From the NCBI RefSeq assembly GCF_006345805.1, contig NC_043008.1, positions 13,640,001 through 13,704,000 of the forward strand: a DNA stretch of 64,000 nucleotides. The letters run 5' to 3'. The notes beneath the pieces were generated by a model. That model ran no database searches. It saw only the letters and a list, made by a program, of their open reading frames with translations, and had not been told where the DNA came from. The stretch comes from Octopus sinensis (Eukaryota). Both the position numbers and the translations under genes were made by a program. This document shows, one piece after another, positions 1 to 12,887 of this stretch (the stretch's first letter is position 1; each line of letters starts with the position of its first letter).

Positions 1-86
1 ATGTATAGGCGTTCGTAAATCATTATACAAATGTTGCATATATATATATATATATAATATATATATATATATTATATATATATATA

Positions 87-491
<405 letters not shown>

Positions 492-593
492 ATATATATA
501 TATATATATATAAAAATATATATGTTTGTATATGTATATGTATATGTATGTATGTATGTATATGTAAAAGATAACAGAATATATATATATATA

Positions 594-795
594 TTCTCTT
601 ATCTTTTACTTGTTTCAGTCGTTTGACTCTGGCGATGCTGGGGAAGTGATTTTAATTGCAGAAATCGACATCAGGACTTAAGTTTGTAAGCTTAGTACTT
701 ATTCTGTCGGACTCTTTTGACAAGCCGCTAAGTTACGGGGACGTTAATATACCAACATCAGTTGTCAAGCGATGGTGGGGAGACAAACACAGAAG
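594..795 (-). mobile_element. SINE family C, 3' half
   Basis: cttttacttgtttcagtc...tacttattct.tcgg.ctctttt matches the 3' half of the near-consensus copy at 35341-35750. Confidence 0.8.
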
Positions 796-939
796 GAAAT
801 ACATACAAGTCAATGAAAAGTCTTCTACCGCAGCTCAACAACATCGAAACCGACAGTAAAACAATGGGTAAGGCCTAACTGTTGCATATGCATCAAACTC
901 GTCGAGGTATCGGAATTCTCCTTTAAGCAGCGTCAGCGT

Positions 940-1300
940 TGTACGGTGAATAGCAACTTCATATATGCTCCGGAAAACCAAATATATGTATTTGTCGAGA
1001 ACAATATATTGGTCGAACTAGAAACAGTCTACGCCAAAGGATGACAGTATATACATCCCACATTAAAATACAGGAATACAGAAAAATAGGATTAAGCGAT
1101 CACATCGATATTTGCGCCACTAACGAACAACCGAACTTAAGAATTTTCCCCTCTATAAATTCAGGGACCGTGCAATCATTAATCTGAGCATTAACTATGA
1201 AGCATATTTCATCGCAAAATATAAATCTATTTTTAATGCTTCCATTACAGATGAAGCTACTACAAGAATTTACAACAATTTCAACCATTACTACTACGAC
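940..1300 (+). pseudogene. Penelope-like element GIY-YIG endonuclease relic
   Basis: My translation from 987 reads CICREQYIGRTRNSLRQRMTVYTSHIKIQEYRKIGLSDHIDICA..IFP. After a frameshift it continues LYKF...YEAYFIAKYKSIFN. The C-x-C..YIG.T..LR.RM and E..FI.K...LN motifs are typical of PLE GIY-YIG domains. Confidence 0.75.
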
Positions 1301-1663
1301 TAGAGCAGGGCACTTTCAGGCCGTTTGACCATTAAAGAATATTCCACGAACAATATATTGTTTCACACCACTCCTGTGTTTTCTTTTCTTTCTCCTTCTT
1401 CTTTCCTTACTATTACTTCTACATCTTCTTCTTCTCAACCTCCTCTTCCTCCTCTTTCTTCTTCTTCTTCATCTTCTTCTTCTTTTTCTTCATCTTCTCC
1501 CCCCCCCCTCGGCTATTCCTGCTTAAACCATCAATTCTCTGTACTCATAAAACTATTCACATAAAACTGTTCACAAAGGAAGAGAAAGAGAGACATACTA
1601 TTTGAAGACTATGAAAATATTTGCAAAGCATTTCACTTAATTGTTTTTTTTCTTATTTTATTC

Positions 1664-1700
1664 TTAGTTGAAAAATTCTAAAAGTGGAAACCGGTACTAA
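1664..1700 (+). ncRNA. Degenerate minimal type-I hammerhead-like motif (probably inactive)
   Basis: TTAG-TTGAAAA-(12 nt)-GAAA-CCGG-TA^CTAA. Stem I is TTAG/CTAA and stem III is the palindrome ACCGGT. The core has decayed from CTGAAGA. It lies about 400 bp downstream of the GIY-YIG relic on the same strand. Confidence 0.45.
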
Positions 1701-2514
1701 AACGTACTTCCTAATAAAATTATTTTATAAACATCTTCTACGCTATAATTGTTTATTTGTGTGTGTGTGCGTGTGTGTATGTGTATGTATATAGATATAT
1801 ATATATTATTATTATTATTATTGTTATATATATATATATATATATATTATTGTTATATATATATATATATTTATGTGTGGAATTATGTATGTGTGTGCGT
1901 ACGCGTGTGTGCCTATCTTAGATGCGTGAGCGTCCTGGTGTGGAATTTGACTCTACTCTGCAGAGCAAGAAACAGAGGTTAAAATGAACTTAAAATGACA
2001 TCTACCTTAAAGTACTTAGGTGTCTATTTTTCAGTTAGAGCGATGCGATTGGTTAATTCCTCTTTAGTACACTAACTCCTCAGTAATGTTAGACTGACAC
2101 AAACAGTAAATTAATACATATAACTCACAGGGAATATGTTAGATGTTTCTTCTTTTTGTTTCTTCACTTCGAATACATATTATCGAATTTTGCTGTCAAC
2201 TTCGTACGTTTGTCATTCAATTTGATAATTCGGTCATTTAAAGTCTCGAAAAATGTTAGCGCCGTGAAGTTACCCATTCGAATTCGTTTTAAGATTATTC
2301 AATTTCGCGCTTCCATCAAAGAATATGGCATTGACATCATTCAAATTAAAATGCCCGTCGAGAGCATTCAAATTATTCACAGTGCACGGAAGCGTCTTTT
2401 CTAGCAATGAAATTCGCACGTGACCATTCGAGTTCGGAATAAATTTGTTCAGTTTAGCAGTAATTTTACATGTGTAATTTATCTCACATTTTAAGAAGTG
2501 AATATTAACATTGA

Positions 2515-2838
2515 GAAGGTGCATGGCTTAGTGGTTAGGGCATTCGGCTGACGATTGTAAGGTCGTGAGTTCGATTCTCGGCGATGCGTTGTGTCCTTGA
2601 GCAAGACACTTTATTTCACGTTGCTCCAGTCCACTCAGCTGGCAAAAATGAGTTGTACCTGTTTTTCAAATGGCCGGCCTTGTCACACTCTGTGTCACGC
2701 TGAATCTCCCTGAGAACTACGTTAAGGGTACTCGTGTCTGTGGATTGCCCAGTCACTTGCACGTTAATTCCACGAGCAAGCTGTTCCGTTGATCGTATCA
2801 TCTGGGACCCTCGTCGTCGTAACCGACGGAGTGCTCCT
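2515..2838 (+). mobile_element. tRNA-derived SINE, family B (full length, with TSD)
   Basis: A box TGGCTTAGTGG and B box GAGTTCGATTC, followed by gtgtccttgagcaagacactt. TSD tattaacattga (2503-2514) / tattaacaatga (2839-2850). Confidence 0.9.
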
Positions 2839-2859
2839 TATTAACAATGACAAATTTAA

Positions 2860-3400
2860 GTGGCATATATTGTCAAGTAAATAAATAACATACTTCGTAA
2901 TGGGGCAGCAGTTGTATGATATTTTTATCGAACGTCCATAAAAAATCTTCGTTTAGTTATGGTTCACAGGAAAATGTTGATGCAATAATGTCACGAATTA
3001 CTTGCCTAAGTTAATCTTAAGATTTAAGAGAAATGGAAGTCGGAACTTATTGTTTAGCCACATCTAGTTTTACATTCCATATTTTTTAATTGGAGGTTTC
3101 TAAGATACAGTATCTTCAAAGCAGTTGTTAGCTTGGGCTTTGTTATAGTAGGGGACTGCTTTATCAAATGTTTCCTTTGAAGTGGAGTGATTAGATATTC
3201 TTTCATTAATGCTGGCTATCAGGTTTTTAAACATTATAGTGGGTAGACAGATCTGCTTGTGTATGTATGTGTGTTTCTCATCTGGTTATTGACAGGAATG
3301 CGAGATCAAGACTCGGGGAACGCCTTAGAAATCAATCTTGGACTGATTAGTGGTTATAGAAATGTTGAATCCTAATTGGTTATCGTGTTGTCACGGCATG
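2860..3400 (-). pseudogene. Penelope-like element reverse-transcriptase C-terminal relic
   Basis: Minus-strand pieces read NQLGFNISITTNQSKIDF*, *PDEKHTYIHKQICLPTIMFKNLIASINERISNHSTSKETFDKAVPYYN and PFSLNLKINLGK*F..LLHQHFPVNH...IKISYNC. These match PLE RT thumb-region motifs, with stops and frameshifts. Confidence 0.75.
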
Positions 3401-5886
3401 AAACTATTGTTAGCTATTCTTTAAATACTGGTATAATTAATTAATGATATACAAATAACAGAACAGAAGACTGCATAATAGACAGGTATATGTATAATGT
3501 ATAAGTATATATAATATATATAATATATATATATTATATATAATATATATATATAATATAATTATAATAATAATAATAATAATAATAAGGCGGCTGGACG
3601 TGACAGGAAGGCGGCTGGACGTGACAGAGGATGGACGTATTTTTACGATGCTCTGAACTGGCAACAGCGAACCCAGCAGGTCAACTGTAGAAAACTGGAA
3701 GATCTACTGTTTTCTGTAAGTAATTTGAATTACCCTCAAAATAAGTAAAAAAAAAAAAACTTACATATCTACAGCTCATACAAACGTACACCTAACAAGA
3801 AAAAATTAGAAACATAATATCTCCAATTCTGTGTGAACATTTACATTTAGTCGTCTCTCATGACTATAAGAATGTGTAAAATTGCCTTTTAAATTACCTT
3901 TTATTGTAACAACACAATTAAATGCACGAAAAAAAGTTATGGAATTAAGCACCTACTACTATATACATACAACTGAATTCAGAATTAAAAATATATACAT
4001 AACATTGAACTCAGAAAGTTATTTAAAAAAAAAAAAAAAAAAAATCTTCGACGAAAACATCAGATAATATGTGTGAGTGAATACATATATATACATATAC
4101 ATATGCATGTGGTGAAGAAGAAAAGAGAACGGGAAAAAAAAAAAAATAAATAAATAAACGTAAACAGGTTTGACCTTTTACTGACCATTAACGTCCTTTG
4201 TCTCCACCATCTACCGTGGCTATTTATAGACCCAAAGAACATGAATTCTTTAACCACCCATTCTCCAACACAATGGAGTGTTGATGGTGGCTGTGGCTAC
4301 ACATTGAAGATGATGATGGTGATGGTGATGTTGCTGATGATGGTGATGGTGGGAAGATGATAGTAATAACAATAATAACTGACAGATCCCGTCTTTTTCC
4401 CTTTCTTTTCGTTTCCTTCTCCGTATTTTATTCTCATTATTTCGAACTAATACAGACACAGTAAGCCGTGAAGAAAGGAAGAGGAGGAAGGAGGAAAAAA
4501 AAAATGTCCGGAGATAAAACTATCAACAAAAAAAATACAGACGAATATAGATCTGCTAGTCTTAAGAAGCGGCGCTATGAGCAATGCTTACATGTAGTGA
4601 ACCCTAAACTGACAGATCCATCTCCTAATATAAGAATGGATGCTCGTCATGCTTCAAGGTCAACAAATCAAACATAAACCGCATTGGTCATTGCGCGGAT
4701 TACACAAAGACCACGTACCCGAAAATTGAACCAAATCCTGATTGAAAAATCAGTTACTGGATCAAATCTTCCCAACACACAGGAGCTGGACGAACCCCAC
4801 AACCGGAATATTCCAACAGATGGCCATCCATGCTCATCACCAAATAATCAAAAGAAAAAGAAGGAAAAATGGTCTAGGGAAGATAATAAAGAAGTTCTCG
4901 AGGCCTTCTACCATGCCATATATTTCCCCACAGATAAGTCTAGCACTGTACAAGCATACTTAAACTGGAGACAGAAACACCCTGAAGTAAGACCCTACAT
5001 AGACAGTAACAAGCTTGCCAATGTTAGAGAAACATTATAAAAAAGAAATTACTGACTGAAGTAGAGATTGATCAGGTTAGACAAGCAATATCGGATAAAA
5101 TGAACGAAGCTGCAGCTAGAGAAGATAATACAGAGGAAATGATTATAGACCAGCCAGGGCGGATCAAAGGAAGAGAGGATTGAAAGAGTTAGTATAAGTG
5201 ATAGGCAAAGTGAAATACGCCCTGAACCAATCATAAACACTAAGACAGATGAGCATCAAATAGATAAAGAAAGTCACACAAATATTGACCCAACAGAACT
5301 GAGCTAAAAAATCAAATCATGATTGAATGGCTGAAAATTAAAGAAACCAGCATGGATGAGCGTGATACACTTCCTAAAATCCGCAACTCTAACCAAAACA
5401 TGAAAATAATTGGTAAAATCCGGCTTGCACTTAAGGATATAATTTCAGTTAATGATGTTGATATCACAAACCTCAACCACCTATACTATGCATCCGCGAA
5501 AATCTCAACGATCCTATGTGGTGTAAAGATTAGAAAACGGCAACAGTCCCACAAAAAGCCTTCTTGGCAAGAGCGTCTGCAACAACAATTAAAGTATTTA
5601 GATCTGACATTGAATATTTGAAAAACCTTAAGGCTCACAAGACTACCAAACCTACAAAAACCCAAAAATAACTGAAAAAATACAATATGAAAACTATACT
5701 TGATATTGATGCCACCATAGAAACCATCAAACAAAAGGTATCTGCCAAAGCTACCCGCATAGCGAGGTATGAAAAGCGTGTTAGATTTTTCAAGGACAAC
5801 AACATGTTCAAAAATAACACCAAGAATTTACAGGAAGATAGGAAAAACAGCGTTTAACTGCAGGGTCTGTACCATCAAAAGAAGAA

Positions 5887-6990
5887 GTGCAGAGATTTTG
5901 GAATAAAATCTGGGCAGAAGAAAAAAAACACAACGAAAAGGCCCCCTGGATTGACAGAATATCTACAGAACTGGACCCCTTAGAAGAGCAAAAGTGGGAG
6001 GGTGTCAAGGTAGAAGATATAAGATCTGCTCTCAGGAGGTCAAGCAAATGGAAGTCTCCAGGAAAGGATAAAATTCCTAACTTCTGGCTGAATGCCTTCC
6101 CAGAGAGCCATGAACTGCTACAACAACTGTACAATGATATTCTGCAACACCCTAGTAGGATGCCTCCTTGGCTAGTTAATGGGTTAACATTCCTGCTTCC
6201 AAAAAGTGAAGAAACAAATGAACCAAAAAACTATAGACCAATAACCTGCTTAACAACTATGTACAAAACTCTAACATCTGTCCTGACGGAATATACCTAT
6301 AGTTTTTTAACAGACAGCAGCATATTCCCTAATGAACAGATGAACAGAAAGGATGTAAACGTGGATCCTACGGCTGTAAAGACCAACTACTCATCAATAA
6401 GATGATCTTAGAAGATTGTCACAAACGACACAAAAACTTATCAATAGCCTGGATAGACTATAAAAAGGCTTTTGATAGCCTACCACGTAGCTGGATTAGG
6501 AAATGCCTTGAAATGTATAAGATAGCACCAACTCTGCGAAACTTCTTGACTGTAAGTATGAGATCATGGAGAACCACACTAACTCTGAACATTGACAGTG
6601 AATCCCTAAATGCTGGTGATGTAAAAATTTCGTGTGGCATTTTCCAGGGTGACTCACTGTCACCACTCCTCTTTTGTTTATCCTTAATACCTCTCTCAAA
6701 GCTGCTCAATGACGCGCAGTACGGGTATAAAATGTTTGATAAAAATATAAATCATCTCGTTTACATGGATGATTTAAAGCTTTTTGCAAAAAATGATCAA
6801 CAACTCAAGGGCTTACTAGCGATAGTCAAACAATTCAGTGACGACATCAGAATGCAATTCGGCCTCGATAAATGTGCAAAGGCTACCTTTATCAAAGGAA
6901 AAATGACAGAAACACTAACGTTAACCTTGACCAACAGAATGTCATAAAAGAACTAGACCCAGCGGAGAGCTACAAGTACCTAGGGGTAAT
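5887..6990 (+). pseudogene. Reverse transcriptase domain of the R4/Dong-like LINE (frameshifted)
   Basis: [65 protein letters not shown] and YKYLG motifs occur across ORFs 5887-6405 and 6402-6947 and just downstream. Confidence 0.92.
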
Positions 6991-7640
6991 TGAAGGGAAC
7001 GGAATAAGGCATTCATAGATGAAGGAAAGGATCAGGAGAGAATGCTATCGAAGAGTGAGAGCAATACTCAAGACAGAGCTGAATGCAAGAAACAGGATCG
7101 AAGCAATCAATGCATTAGCTATACCAGTCGTGACTTACAGTTTCAATATTGTTAACTGGTCAATTACTGAAATATGTCAGCTCGACAGAAAATAAGGAAA
7201 CTGTTGACAATACATAGAATGCACCACCCTAAGGCAGATACAGAACGACTCTATCTGCCAAGAAAAGAGGGAGGCCGTGGTCTTTTGCAACTGGCAATAA
7301 CAATGAAGATTGCTACAATTGGCCTAGACACCTACCTGAAAAACTCTGAGGACTGGATGTTAAAACTTGTCTCAAAACATGAAAACAAGAAAGCATCATA
7401 CTCAGTCACAAAACAGGCAAAGGAATATCTAAGTGAATTCCGAATACAACCAATTTCGGAATTAGAGATAGACATACAAGAAACAAGCACAGAAAAAGCT
7501 AGGCGCATGAAAACCCGTGCCAAAACTGCGCGGCCTTAGATATTCTGAATAATAAATGGCAAGAAAAACCTCTCTACGGCAAATACCCAAAGAGAGCGAA
7601 TAATGCAGATATCGACAAAGCCCTGACCCATCAATGGCTA

Positions 7641-8289
7641 ATGGCCTCTGGCTTAAAATCTGAAACAGAGGGGTTTATCATAGCAGCTCAAGATCAATGC
7701 CTACCAACAAGAAACTACCAGGCCAACATATTAAAGATCAGAAGCAGTCCAACGTGTCGTGTATGCAAGCAACAAAATGAAACCATTGACCATGTGGTCT
7801 CCAAGTGCAGTCTTCTAGCGCCTACAGAGTATCTCAACAGGCACGATAGAGCTGCACAATATATTCACTGGGTAATCTGTAAAAACCTGGATTTGCCCCA
7901 TGAAAAAAACTGGTGGGAACACAACCACCCCCAGTGCTTGAAAATGACCACATCTCACTCCTCTGGAACTTCACCATTCAAACTGACAGGAAGATAGATG
8001 CAAATAGGCCAGACATCATATTGAAAGACTTCAAACAAAGAACATGCCTCCTCATTGATATGACTGTCCCAATCGATATAAACGTATCTGTCAGGACCTA
8101 CCAAAAACTGAGCAAATATAAAGATCTTGAAATAGAAATCAGCAAAATGTGGAAGCTGAAGACTAAAACAATACCTGTTGTCATAGGTGCCCTGGGAATG
8201 ATAGCAAAAGGGGCTGATAGCTACCTAACTCAGATACCAGGAAGCTCATGGGAACTGCTCATATCCTACGCAAAATACTCTCTATGTAA
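7641..8289 (+). pseudogene. CCHC zinc knuckle plus restriction-like endonuclease of the LINE (frameshifted)
   Basis: ETEGFIIAAQDQ, CRVCKQQNETIDHVVSKC, RHD, DRKIDANRPDIILKD..CLLIDMTVPID, YKDLEIEI..MW and IPVVIGALG. Confidence 0.9.
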
Positions 8290-8674
8290 CCTCAAGGTTT
8301 AAAACAACCATAATTTTCGGTTTAAAAAAAAATTTAAAAAAAAAAAAACTTTTTTTTTTTTTTTTTAGACACTCATTAGTACAACATCCCCACCCCCCAA
8401 ATATATGGCACACTAGGCATAACAACAACATGAACTTCCAACGCTGTTGTCTCTTGAGGTCTCTGGGTGAGACTTGGAGCCAACTTGTACAAATATAAAG
8501 CAAAAGTCAAACATAGAAAAATAATAATAATATATATTAGAGTAAATCCAAACTTACAGGGAAAGGAAAAATTTGATAATTAGGATTAAATCAATTTATA
8601 GATAAAATATATAATATATATATATAATATATTATATATATAATATATATATATAATAATATGTATATTATATA

Positions 8675-8823
8675 AATTAGAGATAAAACCACTATTAAGC
8701 AAAAAAAAACAGTGAAAATCATAAACCAATGCATAGAAATAAATTAATTAATAAAAAAATTATTTCTAGTATTGGTTTTGTTTTCACTGTTTGATTTGCC
8801 TAATAGTGGTTTTATCTCTAATT
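8675..8823. repeat. Imperfect inverted repeat (about 65-bp arms, about 19-nt spacer) between (TA)n tracts
   Basis: attagagataaaaccactattaagc...cagtgaaaa (8676-8741) is the reverse complement, with a few differences, of 8761-8823. Confidence 0.85.
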
Positions 8824-8837
8824 AATATAATATATAT

Positions 8838-8897
<60 letters not shown>

Positions 8898-10467
8898 CTA
8901 TGCATGTATATGTGCATGTATATATGTATATATAATATATAATTATATATATATGTAATGATTGTGAATGTGTGACTAATATTGTCAAAGAGAAATCGAA
9001 CTAGCATTGCATATTTGGTTCGTCGTAATTTTAACACGCTCAGATGTCATTCTTACATATATTACACCATCTAAAGAGATTTCGATGAAATATGAAAACA
9101 ATTTGATTCCTCTAGTTCCTTCAGCACTTTGTATTTCACTAAATAATTCTCTTTCCATTATTGATTAGGTGTTAATTTTGCTTATTTCAGAGATCAGCAT
9201 AGATTATTTCACTACACCTTCAATTCGTTTTTTTTTTTTTCAACCAACAACAACCCCAACAAGGAAAGACTCATGCCACTGCATTATTCATATCCTATTT
9301 CGCCATTCTTATCACGCGTTCACACAATTTGCGTGTTATTTGAAATTAGCAGGCCTCTAAATGATGTCAGCTCTTATAAGTCTCAAAACATTTCACACAT
9401 AACTAGTAATTCTCACACACACATCAAATACTTCCCCAGCCTTTCCAGCACTTCTGCTTCTATATTGATTGACTGAAACGCTTATTGGTAAAGTGACATA
9501 AAATGAGAATCACACTCTCTTCATTTCACAATCTAAGGGAGTGCCTCCTTTATTCTAGCCTATCTTATCAATTCTGCTCGTACAAATTTTTCATCACTAA
9601 ACTATTACAAGTATATTCTATCGCGTTACTTAAACCTCACCAGTGTATCTTACATTTTGGCAGTCACAATTTTCTTACATATTTACGGTTTATATATGGT
9701 TCTGTGTATCTGCTGCATTCCCTGAAATTCTAGCTCCAAAATGTCTTGGTCTTTTCTTAATATTCATAATAGACTTTACAAAAAAGACTAGCTAATACCC
9801 GTATTTGCTTGAGAACGTATTCCAATTATTCCCTATAACTATCACGGGCACTAAACAGAACGTGATTAAAATGAACATTTCTTTGTCGGGCGGACTAGAT
9901 TTATTATCTTTGCTTGCAATAATTACACTTTCCTACAAGCATTCAACAGCAATATTGTCTTGCTAAACCATAAAGATGGCGGTAGATGTTTTGCAGCAAA
10001 TCCTGCAGGTGCATTAAATTATTGGGCTTTTACTTCAACGTTCCGTTTCTGAAACCTATCAAGTAATCAAGGAACATTACTTGTAGGCAAGTGCTGCGCT
10101 GTCCTAGGAAAAGGCAAAATATAAAAAGGCACAGCAGCAAAGCACCGAATCTAACAACATTATCAGAGCTTAGAAGTGAATGAAAATAGATATGCATAAA
10201 AATCAAGTTTGCATATGAATCTATACACGAACTGCAGTATATACATGCGCGTGAATGCACGCATATATAGGCAATGCGGGAGAAAGTAGGACACATATAT
10301 GCAGTCATTTCTGTTTGAAAGCTGTGTCTGTATACACGAGCGTATGTATGAGATATTCGTGTGTAGATATATGTTATTACTTAGATGTATCTAGATTAAA
10401 GTTTACTGAAACTTACAAATAAATGAAACATGTTATTCTTCTCAACTCTGCCTTTTGTTGGCACACA

Positions 10468-10604
10468 CAGTCCAAGATTGATTTCTAAGGCGTTCCCCGA
10501 GTCTTGATCTCGCATTCCTGTCAATAACCAGATGAGAAACACACATATATACACAAGCAGATCTGTCTACCCACTATAATGTTTAAAAACCTGATAGCCA
10601 GCAT
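10468..10604 (+). repeat. 137-bp inverted copy of 3209-3345
   Basis: The reverse complement matches 3209-3345 at 136/137 positions (difference at 3265). The flanks of this copy are unrelated to the PLE. Confidence 0.95.
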
Positions 10605-11117
10605 CTTATAATATTTCTATGCAAAATATTATTTAATTCTCAAAGCAAACTATTCTTAATAGGAAATATGTTTGTTTCTACATTCTTTCAAAGTCATTTT
10701 GAAATACATATTGCAATTTCCGTGTAGTGAAATATTCTAAAGATATGAATATAATTCTAGAATAGCTATGCAATATTTCTTTATATAAAAGGTTTAATTT
10801 CATTTCCTATACCCCCAAATGAATTTCTAAAATATTTCTCACCGATAAATTATATAAGAGAGAAGAAAAAGGAACCTTTTTTTCAAAATCAGCAATAAAT
10901 ATATAATGTATATTTTTTTCATTCTACTTCTAACAAAAATTATTTTGAAAAATCGAAATTTTCGCATGGAAATATATATGAATGCATGTATTATATTATG
11001 TATGCAAATATATTTAACTGTGTATATATTTGTGTACATATGCTTGTGTGTGTATGTGCGCGTGCGTGAAGCAGAGAGCATGTAGATTTTCAATACATGC
11101 ATATATACAATATAATG

Positions 11118-11155
<38 letters not shown>

Positions 11156-11909
11156 TATATATATATACATATGTGTGTGTGTTTGTGTGTATGTATGTAT
11201 ATGTATGTATGTGTGTGTGTATGTATGTATGTATATGTATGTGTGTATGTATGTATGTATGTATGTATGTATTATGTATGTATGTATAAAATTATATATG
11301 CATTTGCGTGTGTATGTGCTGTATGAAAGAAACATACAAACACGCTTTTGAATTTAATATGAACGGAAATATATATTTGTTTTGTCAAGAACAATGACCT
11401 TACATAAATATAACTGTATACACATTTTCGTGATATTGTTTCTCTCTGAATAAGAGTATGTGTGTGTATTTGCGTGACTGTATGTGTGTTCGTGTGTGTG
11501 CATTTGTATATTTGTGTGTGTGTGTGTTCCAATTTTTATATGCTTGTACGTGTACGTACGTATGCTTGTGTGTGCATATTATCAGATGTGCGATTCTATT
11601 GGCAAATATTTGAAATTCAAAAGTAATTTAAGTGACAAACTTTTTCTATGAGAAACCAATAATGAGAAGCTCGATGATACGGCATGAAAAGCTATTGAGA
11701 GTTTTGCTGTATATATTCTTATGTTCCTACAAGATTTTCAATCGTTTTCCTGGCGACCTGAAATACTTCCTCTTTCAGATGCTCTATGTGAATTTACAGC
11801 TCTTCACAAGCGCACGCGTACTTATGTATTACTCTTAATTCTTTTTCCCTTGTTTTTGTGCGTGTCTATATACAAATATATATATACATAATTCTTTATG
11901 TATTGATAT

Positions 11910-11977
11910 AGGTAGGTAGGTAGGTAGGTAGGTAGATAGACAGACAGGTGGGCAGATAGATAGATACGTAGATAGAC

Positions 11978-12035
<58 letters not shown>

Positions 12036-12223
12036 TATATGTTGAGAGAGAGAGAGAGAGATATATAGATAGATAGATGGATAGATAGGTAGGTAGGTAG
12101 ATAGGTAGGTAGGTAGGTAGATAGGTAGGTAGTAGGTAGGCAGGTAGTGAGCTGGATAGACCGACAGACAGACAGATAGATAGATATATAGATATACAGA
12201 TAGATAGCTTGATAGATAGATTA

Positions 12224-12314
<91 letters not shown>

Positions 12315-12315
12315 T
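11910..12315. repeat. Compound (GGTA)n/(GATA)n/(TA)n microsatellite
   Basis: Directly visible. It is the source of the LSIY-type ORFs. Confidence 0.95.
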
Positions 12316-12887
12316 GCGCATAAGTAAACATACATAGAGATAAAGAGATAAGTAGAGAGATTTACATTCATATACATTCATAACAATCATATACATATAT
12401 GAATTTATTTGACCATCCAAACTGTGGATAGAAATACATGAGCACTAAGTATTCCGCTCGCTGAATTACTTAATTCTTCCATTCCTTTGTAAAATATTTT
12501 ATACGCATCCATAAATCATCTCCAATACCCATATTATTTATTTGTTTTGTATACAGGAAGATATTTTCCGTCTCGTTTTCTTGCCTGTTTCTATATGTTA
12601 ATACATCGCTTTCTTTGTTAATATTACATAGCTACAACTCACTCCACTCACTCAAGTTATATACGAGCAGGTTATCTCTCATTCTTTACATACGAGTTTC
12701 CAGTTCGCCTGGACGCTATCTTCTACTTAACTATACATTTCCGTACAAGCTACTAGTCCTAGGTTTCTCACCCTTCAGTTTATATATTCTTTTGTAGATA
12801 ACAGTGTTTCTGCGTACTTTCTATATTGCACACACACACACATACACACACACACACAACACACACACACACACACACACATGAATA

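Larger units (their letters stand above)
4379..8533 (+). mobile_element. Near full-length non-LTR retrotransposon with restriction-like endonuclease (R4/Dong-like), disabled
   Basis: One long ORF broken by stops and frameshifts: N-terminal KWSREDNKEVLEAFY motif, then RT, CCHC knuckle and PD..D endonuclease. The C-terminus is LMGTAHILRKILSM* (stop 8287-8289). The 3' UTR ends in (TAA)n and the 5' side abuts aataacaataataa. The 5' boundary is approximate. Confidence 0.9.

Noticed and set aside
3587-3628. 21-bp tandem duplication aaggcggctggacgtgacag after (TAA)n
   Set aside because: It is a trivial local duplication, and the resemblance to the SINE D start is only about 8 bp.
3209-10604. Reading the 137-bp inverted pair as TIRs of a 7.4-kb DNA transposon carrying the LINE
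   Set aside because: There is no TSD and no transposase, and the left copy is an internal piece of a PLE RT frame continuous on both sides.
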